Assembly: GCA_964016885.1 (NCBI GenBank)
Contig: OZ024742.1
Location: 128,092,001-128,156,000, forward strand
DNA length: 64,000 nucleotides
Direction: 5' to 3'
From: Eledone cirrhosa
Taxonomy: Eukaryota
Shown: one piece after another, positions 13,137 through 26,012 of the stretch
How positions within the stretch are numbered: position 1 is the stretch's first letter
How the letters are laid out: each line of letters starts with the position of its first letter
Notes under the pieces: model-generated
What the model saw: only the letters and a program-made list of their open reading frames with translations
Database searches by the model: none
Told to the model about the DNA's origin: nothing
Made by a program: the position numbers and the translations under genes

Positions 13137-14524
13137 TCATCATCATCATCATCATCACCGTTTTACGTCCGTTCTTCCACGCTAGCATGGGTTAGACGGG
13201 TTGTCCTGTTGTGGGCAGTGTCTGGTCGGCTGACCATGCCTTGCTCATACAGGAACTGATCTGGCTTGATTTCTACAGCTGGATGCCCTTCCTAACACCA
13301 ACCTCATTTACAGTGAGTGCTGGGTGCTTTTTCGTGGCGCCTACACGTCCACTTTACAGTGTGGGCTGGGTGCTTTTTTGCCGTGGCACCTCCACGACCA
13401 GCTTGCGGTGGGGGGGGGGGGGCATATTGTTTATATGCTTCAGCATGTACCCATGGGAGGTCGGGTACCCTGTATTACTGCGTGACGCCAGAAGTCACGG
13501 TCGTGTGTCATTGACTTTGAGAGGTGTAGTTGGGTAAGGTCGGCTTTTATCACCTCATCCCAAGTCATCTTGGGTCTCCCCACTCCGCGGTTTCCATCAA
13601 CTTCTAGTGCTCTGCACCTTTTTATGCAGCTGTCATCCTTCATACGCATCACATGTCCATACCAGCGTAACCGCCTCTCCTGCACGCAGCATTTGATTCC
13701 TCTTATGCTCAGTCTCTCTCTCAATTCATTTATGCTTTGTCGTTCACGTATATTACTGTTACACATCCATCGGAGCATGCAGGCTTCGTTTCTCTCTAAT
13801 CTACGTAAGTCTTCCACCTTCAGCGCCCAGGTCTCACTACCATGCAACATCGCTGTTCGGATACACGCATCATACAGTCTGCCTTTCATTCTGAGGGAGA
13901 AGCCTTTTGCAGCTAGCAGTGGTAGTAGTTCCCTAAACTTCTTCCATCCCGTTCTTACCCTAGTTATTGTACTTTCTGAGCACCCACCTCCGTTGCTAAT
14001 TCGGTCACCTAGGTAGCAGAAGCTGTCTACTGTTTCTACAGGGCCCTCCCAGAGATTGGTGGTACTTGTTTCCTGTGGCTGTTTGCTTGCTGTTTCAGCA
14101 CAGCTGCTGCATGTGAATCCTACATTCTTAATTAAGCTTCCTGAGATCCCGCTACATCTCTTGTGTACCCATTGTTTGCATTTGGGGCAGAGAATGGAGT
14201 TCCTACCTACACCTTTCCTACATACTGAGCAAGGCCATTTCCCTGAGGGGATCTGGGTTCTGTTTTCTCGTCTACTTATAAGGACCTTAGTCTTTGTCAT
14301 GTTGACTTTGAGGCCCTTTCTCTCTAGTCCCTGCTTCCAGGTTTGGAATTTATTCTCTAGTTCTACCATAGATTCAGCTATGAGTGCGAGGTCATCAGCA
14401 TACAGGAGTTCCCATGGGCATCCGGTCTTAAACTCCTCCGTTATTGCCTGCAGGACTATGATGAACAGGAGAGGGCTAAGAACAGAGCCCTGGTGGACCC
14501 CAACCTGTACGCTAAATTCCTCGC
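13137..14524 (-). mobile_element. RTE-clade LINE 3' part with open RT C-terminal ORF (13440-14524)
   Basis: GVHQGSVLSPLLF, LLYADD, CPKCKQWVHKRC, RRLRWYGHVMRM and GRPKMTW; 3' UTR and (GAT)n tail; 5' end abuts (TA)n. Confidence 0.95.
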
Positions 14525-14605
14525 ATATATATATATATATATATAACGGAGGAGTTGTACCATAACGCACCAGAGTACTCAATACTTAGGGTAGTAGAGT
14601 GAGTA

Positions 14606-14734
14606 ATAGGAGAGAGTATGACCCCGAAGGCAGAGCTCAAGCCGTTTCAACCGCTATTTCTGGACTAGCCTTTAGTCCAGAAATAGCCGTCGAAACGGCT
14701 TGAGCTCTGCCGTCGGGGTCATACTCTCTCCTAT
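14606..14734. repeat. near-perfect ~62-bp-arm hairpin containing the 3' half of a hammerhead
   Basis: ataggagagagtatgacccc...ggacta gcctt tagtcc...ggggtcatactctctcctat; arm reads GAAA-cggc(ttgagctct)gccg-TC. Confidence 0.85.
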
Positions 14735-16539
14735 ATATATATATATTTATAAATAATCATCATCATCACCGTTTAACATCTATTTTCCACTTTACCGTGG
14801 GTTAGATGGGTCGTCCTGTTGTGAAACAAGTTATATTAGGTTGTAGCGAAATCTCTTCGCACATACTGAGCTCCGAATGACATCTGGTTGCTATTTCTCT
14901 TTATCTGAGTTGGCATCAGTTGTGTGGAGAGGCTGGTTAGTCTGAGGTGAAAGGAGATAAGTTTGTCATTGTTTCATTCGACTCTGGTTCTTCAGGAGAG
15001 AAGCATCACTTCGACTTGCTCAAGCAAGTGGCGAGATGTAGTGCTTAGCAAAACAATATGGCACTGTCGACAAGGGCCTGACAGCAATTCTTCCATCAGC
15101 AATTCAACCACAACACAGCTCCCTTGTACTGCGAGCTTACTACCTATGCGATGTATATCCTGAATCAACTTGTCACTTTGTGACACATTCTTTTTTCTTT
15201 TAACCCAAATTATTGTATTTGTTGTGTTCATCATCCTCTTCAACATCAACAACTAACTTCGCTTCAAGGTGATGTTTTGCTCATACAGAACTGTTTCTGA
15301 CTTGGTTTCTACGATTGGATGCTCTTCTTAAAGCCAATCACATTTACAGCTTGAACTGGGTGTTTTTTTATTGTGGTATCAAAACAACCAACTGACAGAT
15401 TGTTCATCGTGTCATTATCCTTCCTTTTATTGAACAATCGGGTGTGGTATTGGGGAAAATGTGTCTGCTATTTCTAATAAGTTTAGAGATCGCTTAGAGG
15501 CTTCTTCTTTGGTTAGTGTGGCGAAGGGTAAAATTCATAGGCATTTATTACTTCTACTGACACAGAATTTTAAGAGGGATCCTAGTCGCTCGACATGCGC
15601 CAAATATCTACGAAATCACTCTGTATCGTCTTAAAAGAATAATGTAGTTCTAGATACTTAATGTCTGAGTAAAAGATGGGATGGTCACGGCTGGGATATT
15701 TTGACCAGAGTTCTGTTCGATCAACAATATAATCTAGATAGCTTTTTATTATTATACAATTCGACCACGAAGAAACATTAAAAGTTACTTGAATGATATG
15801 GATAAATTTCAACAATAATTAGTTTTAAATCAGCCATACAGCGAGGAAGTTCTTAGAATTAAGTGTAAACAAGTTATTTTACAACTGTTATTTAATCGAT
15901 TTCAACAAAAAACACACAAACTTCTATCTAGAAATTGATTAAAATTTATGAAGATAATGCAAAAAAAACAACAACAACATATTATGTTAACGATAAAATG
16001 ACAAATATGATACGAAAACAGTAAGATATTCGAAATGTACATTTTCACGCCCACTTTGCGCATCCAAACGATTACATGACGAACATTTTGTGTTTCCATA
16101 AAATATATTTTTACAAAGAATAACAATATATACATTGCCTGTTAACTGAATTATATAATAGTTAATTCTTAAAGAACGAAAGTAAATAGACAAAAAATAA
16201 ACTTATACACTATGAAAAAAGTTGATACATATGACCAGACCAAACAATAACAACGACAATCCTATGAGTATTAAATATTTTTAAACACCCACAGTTCTCC
16301 CAAAATCAGCAATAATAACAATGCTGGATGTATTAGAGAAGCATCAACGAACGAGTGGTTCACAACTTTAGACATTACCACACATTTGAGAGAGGGAGAA
16401 TATAGTTACTTGAATCAACTCTCAGTTATGTCTTGTATGTTAATGGAACTTAATTTTTCAACAATGGTGTTAAACTTACAAACATTCAATAAAGAAGCAA
16501 AAAACAAACAAATAACTAACGGAACTAGAAATACATTAC

Positions 16540-16592
16540 CCTGCTGATGGAGACAAAAAATCTTGATCATCGTTATCTTGATCGAAGAACAT
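16540..16592 (-). CDS. FKBP15: FKBP15 coding exon 1
   Basis: ATG at 16592; MFFDQDNDDQDFLSPSA(G) then donor gtaat; resembles recalled vertebrate MFGAGDEDDTDFLSPSGG; 53 nt, phase 2, fitting exon 2. Confidence 0.9.
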
Positions 16593-16639
16593 TTGTAAGT
16601 GTTTTGAATAAGTATTCCAAGCTGCAAATAAAAAAAACA

Positions 16640-16800
16640 CCAGCTTCTTGGCTGACGTTTGAGGCGGTTTGTGTAGTCAGCGGTGTAACCTCTTCCGGTT
16701 TCTCCTCTTCCGTTTCTTCCACACCTTAAATGTCAGATAATTACTTCCGGGTGCAAATAAAATGTTTCGACAAAAACGTCGCGTGTAAGTACGAGAGCTA
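16640..16800. promoter_or_regulatory. probable (bidirectional) promoter of FKBP15 and the zinc-finger gene
   Basis: Locally CpG-rich; ETS motifs CTTCCGG at 16692 and 16744; lies 50-200 bp upstream of the FKBP15 ATG; plus-strand donor GTAAGT at 16785. Confidence 0.55.
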
Positions 16801-17399
16801 TTTAAATGCTCACTCATTTGCCAAAGTTTACTTTTCAGCCCGCTTATCATCTTTTGAAAGTACATAGATATTATATTTATGAATATATTAAAAAAAAGTC
16901 AACATGAGAAAAAGAGTTAATTGATACTCTTTTGTTGGTTTAAGTTATTTGATCGAGCCTAGCTCTATTTAGTCGTCTACATCGAAAGGATGAAAGGTAA
17001 TTTCTAAATTTAAAACTACATACTAACTCATATTTAAAATACACATTCATTGTTATATTCTTTGTAAATTGTATTATATATTGATAATTTCTAATATGCA
17101 TAAGACTGTAAATTTGGTGGGAAGAGTATAGTCGTAGTGTTCCATGGTGTAATGGTATTTATATTGTAAAGAATAACATTACAAATCGTTTGCAATTGTT
17201 TCAGAATGAAAATATAAATAGAGCATATAAATAAATTTACATAATAAATATGTTTTAAATATATACATAAATAACATTACAAATGCTTCGATAACATTAT
17301 AAATAACTCTCGATTCATTCAGAAAGATATATTCTTTTAATGTTACAATATTAAAAAAAATGTAATGGAAGGGGTGAACAACGGATCCAACACCAGAGC

Positions 17400-17850
17400 A
17401 AAAGACAGCAACGTTGCGAGGAGTAGTGGCAACCTCTCTAATGGTTTTTGAGGTAAGCCAGCACAGGTAAGCGTTGCCTCGGGTGATGGCGAGGCTGATG
17501 CGCTGGAACAGCTAAGCGCCCTCAATTCTATTCGCTTTGATGTTTATTTTTAAAAAGAAATATTAAATCTACCAGTACTTGACTGATACTGGATTTTTGT
17601 CGACTACAGCAAGATTCAAAACTAGAATGTAGAGACGTTGCCGAATGGAATCAAATCCGAAACCTAGATCTATCTAACAACTTATTTTTTCCAGCCTGTG
17701 GCGTTCGAGACATTTAGTGGAGTTGGGTCGCTGACAGCCAAATTCTTGTCATCACTGGCGGCTCGCCATACCGAGGTGTCAGGTGAGGGTGCCTGGTTGT
17801 TTCAGCGCCTTAGCCTCGCCATCACCCGTGGTAATGCTGCCTCAAAATAT
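17400..17850. mobile_element. two CRE-like non-LTR retrotransposon C-terminal fragments (~17460-17520 minus, ~17695-17845 plus)
   Basis: PVAFETFSG...WLFQRLSLAITRGNAAS on plus; LFQRISLAITRGNA on minus. Confidence 0.65.
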
Positions 17851-18299
17851 TTTTGTGATGGTCGTTTTTGTTTTTGTTTCCCTTTTTTCTCCTTTCTTTC
17901 GTTCTGGTCGTATATTTTGGTGCATTGTTTTTGTGAGGTTCCTAGCAATAGTTGTATTTATTTTGTGTTTATATTTTCATTCTGAAAGAATTGTGATCAA
18001 TTCGTAACTAAATGTTTGCTGTACGGCATTTTATCTATCTCTCTACCAATTACACCAACTCCAGTATCAAAATATTTTCGTTGTACGTAGACAACCTTTT
18101 AAAATCAATTACGAAAGGTTGTTCACAAACCAGCGTAACGCCCCTTGATACGTAAGGCGCGGTTATTTTGAATCCAGATCATCGTCTCAGTTGATGGCAT
18201 ACTCTTTTCGCGAACGTACTCAATCATATATTGTCTACTAACCGACCGCGATACCAGTCCATGCATATGCAGTTGGGAGGTAACAATACATAGTAAATA

Positions 18300-18740
18300 C
18301 TTGAAGCTATACACAAATTGAAGAAAAAGCCTTCGGGTCAAGACAAACTTTCTACTGAGATCTTCAAAAACTATTCCGACGTCGCGATTACTTAGTTCTG
18401 TGTGATCACTCTTGTCTAGAACAGACATATCTTTCACGTGATTGGTGTAACGTAGTTCTCTTTTTCTTCAAGAGGGATAGGTATTCTTGCAGTAACAACT
18501 AGAGCATCAGTTCGATGAACATTGTAGCCATTATATTAACTATCATTCTTCTACAAAGATTTCAACACGATCATAACGAAATATGCATGATTTTCACCAA
18601 AGCTGAAGCAGTACAGATGAAGTGTTCAATTTGAGAAGGTTCTAGAACAATATTGGAGCTACTAACAACGACCTCTCAGATGTACTGGGGATCACATTTC
18701 GTTTACAATCATTCCAGCATTGTATAGAGTACATTTTATC
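18300..18740 (+). mobile_element. highly degenerate LINE reverse transcriptase remnant
   Basis: LEAIHKLKKKPSGQDKLSTEIFK, then broken N.R.IS.MNIVA and STDEVFNLRR-like pieces. Confidence 0.45.
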
Positions 18741-19810
18741 ACTGCACTGGCACTAGGGAGGTTGTCATGTCTTTGACACAACTGAAAGTCCTCTCTACTC
18801 TTTGTTTGGCAAGTTATTTATAGCTGGACGCCCTTCCTATCGCCAAGCACTTTACATATTGTCAACAACACTATAGAGGTTGTATATGTGTGTGTTATAG
18901 CTTCCTTTCAATTTCACCATAGTCGGAGCTGATATCTATTTATGTTTCACATAAACAGTGATCTTGTTACTCAACAGTTACATATGCAATCACTACCTTA
19001 TTTAAAAACAGGGGTTGGCATCAGGAAGGGCATCTTGCTGTGGAGTTTTGTCTTGCAATGGCTTGTTAAACCCATGCCAACATGGAAAATGGTTGAAAAT
19101 TGATGATGATTATATATCATCATCATCATTTAATGTTTGCTTTCCTTGCTAGCAAAGGTTGGGTAGGTCTTCACAGATCAAGTCAGGACTGAAGCAGGCC
19201 AAGAATTTGTATCTCACATAGTTTGAGTCTATTTTGTCGTGGCACCAGCACAAGGGATGTTGTCATGTTTTTGATACAACTGAAGGGGCTTTCCAAACTT
19301 TTGTTTGGCAAGCTTTGGCAACCACTTTGCAGTGTGTACTAGATGTATTTATTGTGTAGATCACTAAAATTAGAGAGGTTATTGTGCTGTTGATGCAGTT
19401 GGGTCCTATCAATCCTTTTGGCTTCTACAACGAGGTACCATTCACATCGACAACTGCCTTACAGGTTGTACTAAGTGTATTTTTCATGGTACCGACACTA
19501 GAGAGGTTGTTGATTATTGTCCCAACTGAAGAGCTTTCTCTACTCTGCTAGGGTGAGGAGAGGAGAAGAAAGATAAGTATGAAGTTATGGATGTATAGCA
19601 AGTGTGGTGTGATTTGAGTGATGAGTAGAAGAAAGTGACTTCCAGTGATGTAGGAGGAGGGGATGTAGTAATGGAGAGGTTAGCTAATGAGTGTGTGGGC
19701 AGTGTAGTGATAATGAAGAGCTGAGGAGTGGTTGTAGTGATGGTGAAAATAGCCAAGGAGTGGTTGTAGTACCAGTGTGTGAGCAGTGTAGTGATAGTTA
19801 AGAGCTAGGA

Positions 19811-20938
19811 AGTAAATGCCATCAACAAAAATCTCTCACAAATGATCCCTGGAGGCAGCCATGCTTAGAAATCTATCGACAAGGATGACATTGTTCATTA
19901 TCCTGTTGAATTTCTCAACAATCTAGACCTGTCTGGATTTTGACACACAACTTTGAATTGAAGAAAGGCAAAGGCACCATGCTTCTCAGAAACCTGGATC
20001 AGCCAAGATTGTGCAATGGGACGCATGTGGTTGTGACTGAACTACAACCCCACTTTATCGAAGCCAAAATCCTTACTGGATGTGGTAAGGGAAACGGTAT
20101 TTATACCTAGAATACTGCTAATACCAACAGATGTCCCCTTTTGTTTCAAATGGTTGCAATTCCCAGTGAGAGTCTGTTACCCAATGACCATCAACAAGTC
20201 TCAAGGCCAAACACTGCAGGTTGTTGGTCTTGATTTGGAAGAAGGTTTTCTCTCACATGGTCAATTGTATGTAGGTTGTTCCAGATTAGGAAGCCCCACA
20301 AACTCTTTGTATATACAAGGAAAAAAAGTTAAGAACATTGTATATACTGATGTTCTGTAAATGTTTTATGATTTTCATAGAATACATTTTCCTATTATTT
20401 TCTTTATTACATTCTGTATTTAGATATCTATATATTACTAAAACTCTGTGATTGCTTGCCTGTAATGTAATACAGCCAAAAGGGCGCATACTTTGAAAGG
20501 AAGTTGACCCTGAAATGGGGATACAAATGGAATAAAACAGCTTTTGCGTAAATCGGAGCACGGGTTCCTGAGATATGGGCTTTTTCTGGGTACCTTCGTA
20601 AACAGAGAGAGGAAGAGAGACATAGAGAGTGGGAGAGGAGAATGGAAGAGAGAGAGAGAGAGAGCTGGTGGTGTTGTGTTGTGTATATATATATATGTGT
20701 GAATGTGTGTTTATGACCTATGTATATAGATCAGACACCCACATAAATATATACACACACACACATATATATACATATACACGTAGATATATATATATGG
20801 GCCTTCCAGTTTCATTTCAAATTATATACATGTCTGTATATTTTAATTATTTAATTATTTAAAAATTATCTTTAAGTGAACATTCTTTTGAAAATTCTTT
20901 TGAAGAGAACGTGACCCAACAGGTCACGGGTGGTCTAG
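19811..20938 (+). mobile_element. Helitron 3' fragment (PIF1-type helicase pseudo-ORF plus terminus)
   Basis: YPVEFLN, MLLRNLDQPRLCNGT, QFPVRVCYPMTINKSQGQTL and SHGQLYVGCSR; terminal hairpin cgtgacc-caaca-ggtcacg then CTAG at 20935-20938. Confidence 0.92.
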
Positions 20939-21389
20939 TTCTAAATCAATTTTTGAAGTTTGTTTAATTGTTGACTACTAATAACACTAAATCTTGAATA
21001 AAATTAGCTAAGGAAATTCAGCATGACACAGTGTGTGTGTGTCAAGGCTAAGTATTCTACACAGACGCGTGTAGCCTAAAATATAATTCTCAGGGAGATT
21101 CAGCATATGTAAACTTAAGTGTTTGACGAGGATGAATATTTCACATAAAGACGTAACCAAAAAAGGACATGAACGAACACTAAAAAGGCTTGCTGAACAC
21201 GCAACCCAAAACCGCGTAGCTCCGCAGTTGGGATTTTACATATCTCTATACCCACTCTGCAGCTCTCCATGTATCGAGTACTCCCATGATTAGTGGCCTC
21301 CTCAGTCTCAGCACTGCAGACTCTCTTTCTCTCTATATATATATATAGTTATATGTATATATATGTATATATATATATATATATATATA

Positions 21390-21853
21390 CTAGCCAAATT
21401 ACCTGCGCTTTGCAGCGTTTCACACATTTTTTTTGTAAGAAAATGATTGATTTTAAATCAGTGATATAATTTATGGAGAAAAACTCTGCATTTCAATATT
21501 ACTCAATGTAAAATGTAATGCATGAAAACTTGGAAAACATTATTTTTTGTAATATATCAAATCAAAATAACATTATTAAATCTTATTCTTATTTTGTTTC
21601 TGGTAAATAATTTTTTTAAAAATATCAATTCAAAACTTTTGTGAATAGGTATCATATCTTGTCATTTATCTATGGTTTAAATTTCATATAAATCGAAAGG
21701 AAAACATTTTCAGCGGGGGTTTGTGCCCCGGGGAACCCTTTCATTAAAATGAAATATTCAATGTAGTTTCAGAATATATATGGTTATGGGGGTCTATCTC
21801 CAAAACCATAGGAGTTCATGAACAAACAAATAGGAACTACAACTTTATATAGA
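21390..21853 (-). mobile_element. probable non-autonomous Helitron
   Basis: Minus strand starts TCTATATAAAG and ends with a GC-rich subterminal patch and CTAG. Confidence 0.5.
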
Positions 21854-22107
21854 TATTTGTTTTGCAAGGTTTTTGATATGAAATCGTGTGTTGAAACAAA
21901 TATTGTTATACTTGGGGAGGGTCATATCGTTATAATATTGCCAGAAATAATAAAACACACTCACTCTTTGGTTTGTATTGGTTTTTGCTTCTGTATCTTT
22001 TATATTTCCATAGTTAATTTATCTGGTAATCAATGCTTCTCATTGATTGACCAATGGTTAAAAATACAGATATAAATATATATATAAATAAATATATATA
22101 TATATAT

Positions 22108-24027
22108 TGTTAACCAAGTCGTACAGAATGGGGTTGTTCCGAAGGACTGGCATAGCAGCATCATCGTTAACTGTTATAAGGGTAAAGGAGACGCCCTAGA
22201 TAGGAGTAACTATAGAGGCATTAAATTAATCGACCAGGTCATGAAGGTCACGGAAAAAGTAATAGCGCAACTAATCAGAGAGAGAATTGACCTAGATGAA
22301 ATGCAGTTCGGGTTTGTGTCAGGCAAAAGTACCACAGACGCTCTTTTCATAGTACGACAACTACAGGAGAAGTACCTAGCTAAAGGTAAACCCCTCTACT
22401 TAGCTTTTGTCGACTTGGAGAAAGCCTTCGACAGAGTCCCCCGCTCCATTATCTGGTGGGCTCTTAGAAAACTAGGCGTTGACGAATGGCTTGTGAGGGC
22501 TATACAAGCCATGTATAAAGAAACAGTCAGCAAGGTTAGAATTAACAACGAATATAGTGAAGAGTTTAGCGTAAAAGTTGGCGTCCATCAGGGCTCTGTT
22601 CTCAGCCCACTACTATTTATTATTGCCCTTCAGGCTATAACAGAGGAGTTCAAGACAGGCTGCCCATGGGAACTCCTATACGCAGACGACCTGACACTCA
22701 TAGCGGAATCAATGGCCGAGCTAGAGAAGAAATTCCAAACATGGAAGCACGGCCTAGAGTCAAAAGGACTTAAAATTAACCTGGCTAAGACCAAAGTACT
22801 AGTTTGTAGGAAAGAAAACAAGGCGGCGGTCCCTTCTGGGAAATGGTCGTGCTCAGTGTGTAGGAAAGACGTAGGTAGAAACTCCATTTTATGTCCTAAA
22901 TGCAAAGTATGGGTGCATAAAAGATGTAGTGGGATCACAGGTAAGCTAACTAAGAACATAGATTTTACATGTGGCCGGTGCTCTGGTGCAATAAGTAGCA
23001 GCAAGTGCCCACAAAATACTAGCTCTTTCAATTGCGCAGAGGGTTCTATAGAAATAGTGGACAGCTTCTGTTACCTGGGCGATAAAATCAGCAGTGGGGG
23101 AGGGTGCTCTGAAAGTACTGTAGCTAGAGTCAGAACTGGTTTGAAAAAGTTCAGAGAGCTTATACCACTATTAGCTGCTAAAGGGTTCTCCCTAAAAATG
23201 AAAGGCAGGTTGTACGATGCCTGCATACAAACAGCAATGCTGCATGGCAGTGAGACCTGGGCATTGTGTGCAGAGGATATACGCAGACTAGAGAGGAACG
23301 AAGCTTGCATGCTCCGCTGGATGTGTAACAGTAATATACGTGAACGGCAAAGCATAAACGAACTAAGGAAAAAATTAGAGATAAGAGGGATCAGATGTTG
23401 TTTACTCGAGAGAAGGCTACGTTGGTATGGACACGTGATGCGCATGAAAGTCGATAGCTGTATAACAAAGTGCAGGGCAATAAAGATAGACGGTAGTCAC
23501 GGAATAGGCAGACCTAGAAAAACCTGGGACGAGCTGATAAACTCCGACATCACACACTTACACCTCTCCAAGACAATGTCACTGGACCGAGACCTTTGGC
23601 GGTACTCAGTAACAGAGAAGACCCGCCTTACCTAAATATATAGTAAAACCTACTCCAGCCAGTAGGCATCTCTAACAAAATACACCCCGTCCCACCACCA
23701 CCACCCCCACCCCATCCACACCACCCCGTTCTATGTAAAGTTATGTTGGTGCCGCGCCATCGAGGCCGAAACAAATGAGATCGTGTAGGTGTCACGACAA
23801 AAAAACACACAGTCCACGCTGTAATGTGGCCGTGTAGGCAACACGGTAAAAACCTCCCAGACCCACACTGTAAATGTGGTTGGTGTTAGGAAGGGCATCC
23901 AACTGTAGAAAACCTGCCAGACAGTCCTATGCGAGCAAGACAATCACTCTTGCCTCAAGTGGGACTACCCCCGTCCAAACCCATGCAAGCGTGGAACACG
24001 GACGTTAAACGTTGATGATGATGATGA
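22108..24027 (+). mobile_element. RTE-clade LINE, 5'-truncated, open RT ORF to 23635
   Basis: KGKGDALDRSNYRGIKL, QFGF...STTDALF, AFVDLEKAFDRV, QGSVLSP and YADD; 3' UTR ends gacgttaaacgtt(gat)n. Confidence 0.96.
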
Positions 24028-24232
24028 TTGTTATACTTGGGGAGGGTCATATTTGTGTAATATTGCCAGAATTAATAACAGAACACACTCACTGTTTGGT
24101 TGGTTTTCGCTTTTCGCTTCTGTGTCTTTTATATCGGTAATCTAATTTATTCGGTCCTCAATGTTGCCATTGACTGACCGACGGTCAAAAATAATACAGA
24201 TACAATATAGACACAAACACATATATATAGTT

Positions 24233-24276
24233 TATCATAAATCTTTCGTTGCACATCTGCAACATCGTCAGTGGTG
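24233..24276 (-). ncRNA. degenerate minimal hammerhead ribozyme
   Basis: cacca-CTGACGA-t-gttgca(gatg)tgcaac-GAAA-gatt-TA-tgata. Confidence 0.6.
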
Positions 24277-24377
24277 CTATTGTTTCCTCCTGTTACATTG
24301 TATGTCTACGCCATTTTTATTTAGACTAAATAACAATATTTGTTTCGACACACGATTTCATATAAAAAACCTTGCAA

Positions 24378-24425
<48 letters not shown>

Positions 24426-24564
24426 AAGATGAATATAAAATGAAAGTGCTTTTATAAAGGAATTTATTAGGTATTGACATATGTTTCTGTAACAGACGGA
24501 ATACCTATGTATCGCTGCTTGCGTAATCATATAATATTAGCACGTAATATATATATATATAGTC

Positions 24565-24608
24565 TATCAAAGTTCTTTCGTCCCACACCTGTGACATCAT
24601 CAGTGGTA
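24565..24608 (-). ncRNA. degenerate minimal hammerhead ribozyme (paralog of 24233)
   Basis: tacca-CTGATGA-t-gtcac(aggt)gtgggac-GAAA-gaac-TT-tgata; adjoins a 20-bp-arm hairpin at 24607-24659. Confidence 0.55.
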
Positions 24609-26012
24609 CTATTGTTTCCTCCCGTTTTATTGTCTATACAACGGGAGGAAACAGCAGTATTCTAGGTATAAATACTATGTCTCCCTTACCACATCCAGTA
24701 AGGATTTTGGCTTCGATAAAGTGGGGCTGTAGTTGTCACAACTGTGAGGTTGTGAGTTCAATTCTCGAGCTTTGTTGTGTTCTTGAGCAAGACCCTTTAT
24801 TTCATGTTGCTCCAGTTCACTCTGCTGCCAAGCTGTATCAGCCATTGCCTTTCTCTTGGACAACATCAGTTGGGAACTTTCTAGGTGCAAATCCCATGGT
24901 CATTCATGACCGAAGGGAGTCTTAACCCTATATATATATATATATATATACTACTCTATTCTAATACTCCATTACAATGGGGCACCACCGTTGATGCTAC
25001 ACTTTCTATAGCCAGCCTTCCCTGATTGTCCATTGATGCAAATGGGTTCATCCAGGATCTTGGTCAGATCTACCTTCCTCACCCAAGTTTCCATTTTTCA
25101 CACTGGCATGGGCTAGACGAGTTGCCCCATTTGAGACAAGTCAGGTCAGGTGTCTATGTCTTACTTATACTGAACTGTTTCTAGCTTGGTTTCTACAGCT
25201 GGTCTCATGACAAAAAGCGCCCAGCCCACACTGCATTGTGGTCGTGTAGGTGTCACGACAAAAAGCATCCAGCACACACTGTAAATGTGGTTGGTGTTAG
25301 GAAGGGCATCCAGCCATAGAAACCAAGCCCAAACCAGTCCTGTATGAGCAAAACATGGCCATCGGACCTGTCTTTTCTCACAACAGGCCAACCCGTCTAA
25401 CCCATGCTAGTGTGGAAAAATGGACGTTAAACGGTGATGCTGATAATTCACACAATCTGAAGGTGCTTTATAGATACAGTGTTGTATGTAATGTTAATAA
25501 ATTAAAAACTAAAGTTTAATTTTTTATTTATTTAAAGGTTTATATTTAGAGTTTAGCAACGTAGAAATGTAGAATTTTCACTGTTAAATCCCTACTTTGT
25601 AAGTATTCTCTATTATCTCATACTGTTTCTTTATTATTTCAGAATACCAGATGACATTGGCATAAATGGATTTTCTTAACCCTGGATATATCATCAATAT
25701 TTATCATCATTTAATGACTAAAAGGTTTTATACAGGACTGTCATGACACTTTATATAAATCTATGATAGAATTACTGTGAAATATTTCCTTGGAACTGAG
25801 TTTATTGGCAAATTTTTTTTCTTCAATATTTGGAATGTTTTCAAGATAATTTGTTTTTTATCTAAATTAGGATGTCAAAGAAGTTTGCATCATCTTCAGA
25901 TATTAACTGAGATCACAGTTAATGGAAATATAGCAGAATAAATATTTCTTTGGGATATAATATAAAAAATAAAAGAAAAACATCTTTATATTTTGTTGAG
26001 AGAAGAAGCATT

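Noticed and set aside
16200-16640. Plus-strand METKNLDHRYLD looked like a decayed Penelope RT (MGT..RYLDD)
   Set aside because: It is the antisense of FKBP15 exon 1, which explains the sequence much better.
17139-17156. gttccatggtgtaatggt resembles the 5' end of a tRNA-Gln
   Set aside because: No anticodon arm, T arm or B box follows; the context looks like a decayed SINE.
21855-22075. GAAAcaaatattgTT as a hammerhead 3' half in a repeat also found at 24027-24210 and 24330-24380
   Set aside because: No CUGANGA or stem I partner is found in any copy; treated as an ordinary repeat.
25950-26012. N-terminal extension of the ZNF ORF in the track
   Set aside because: It starts at TTG; the first ATG is at 26013.
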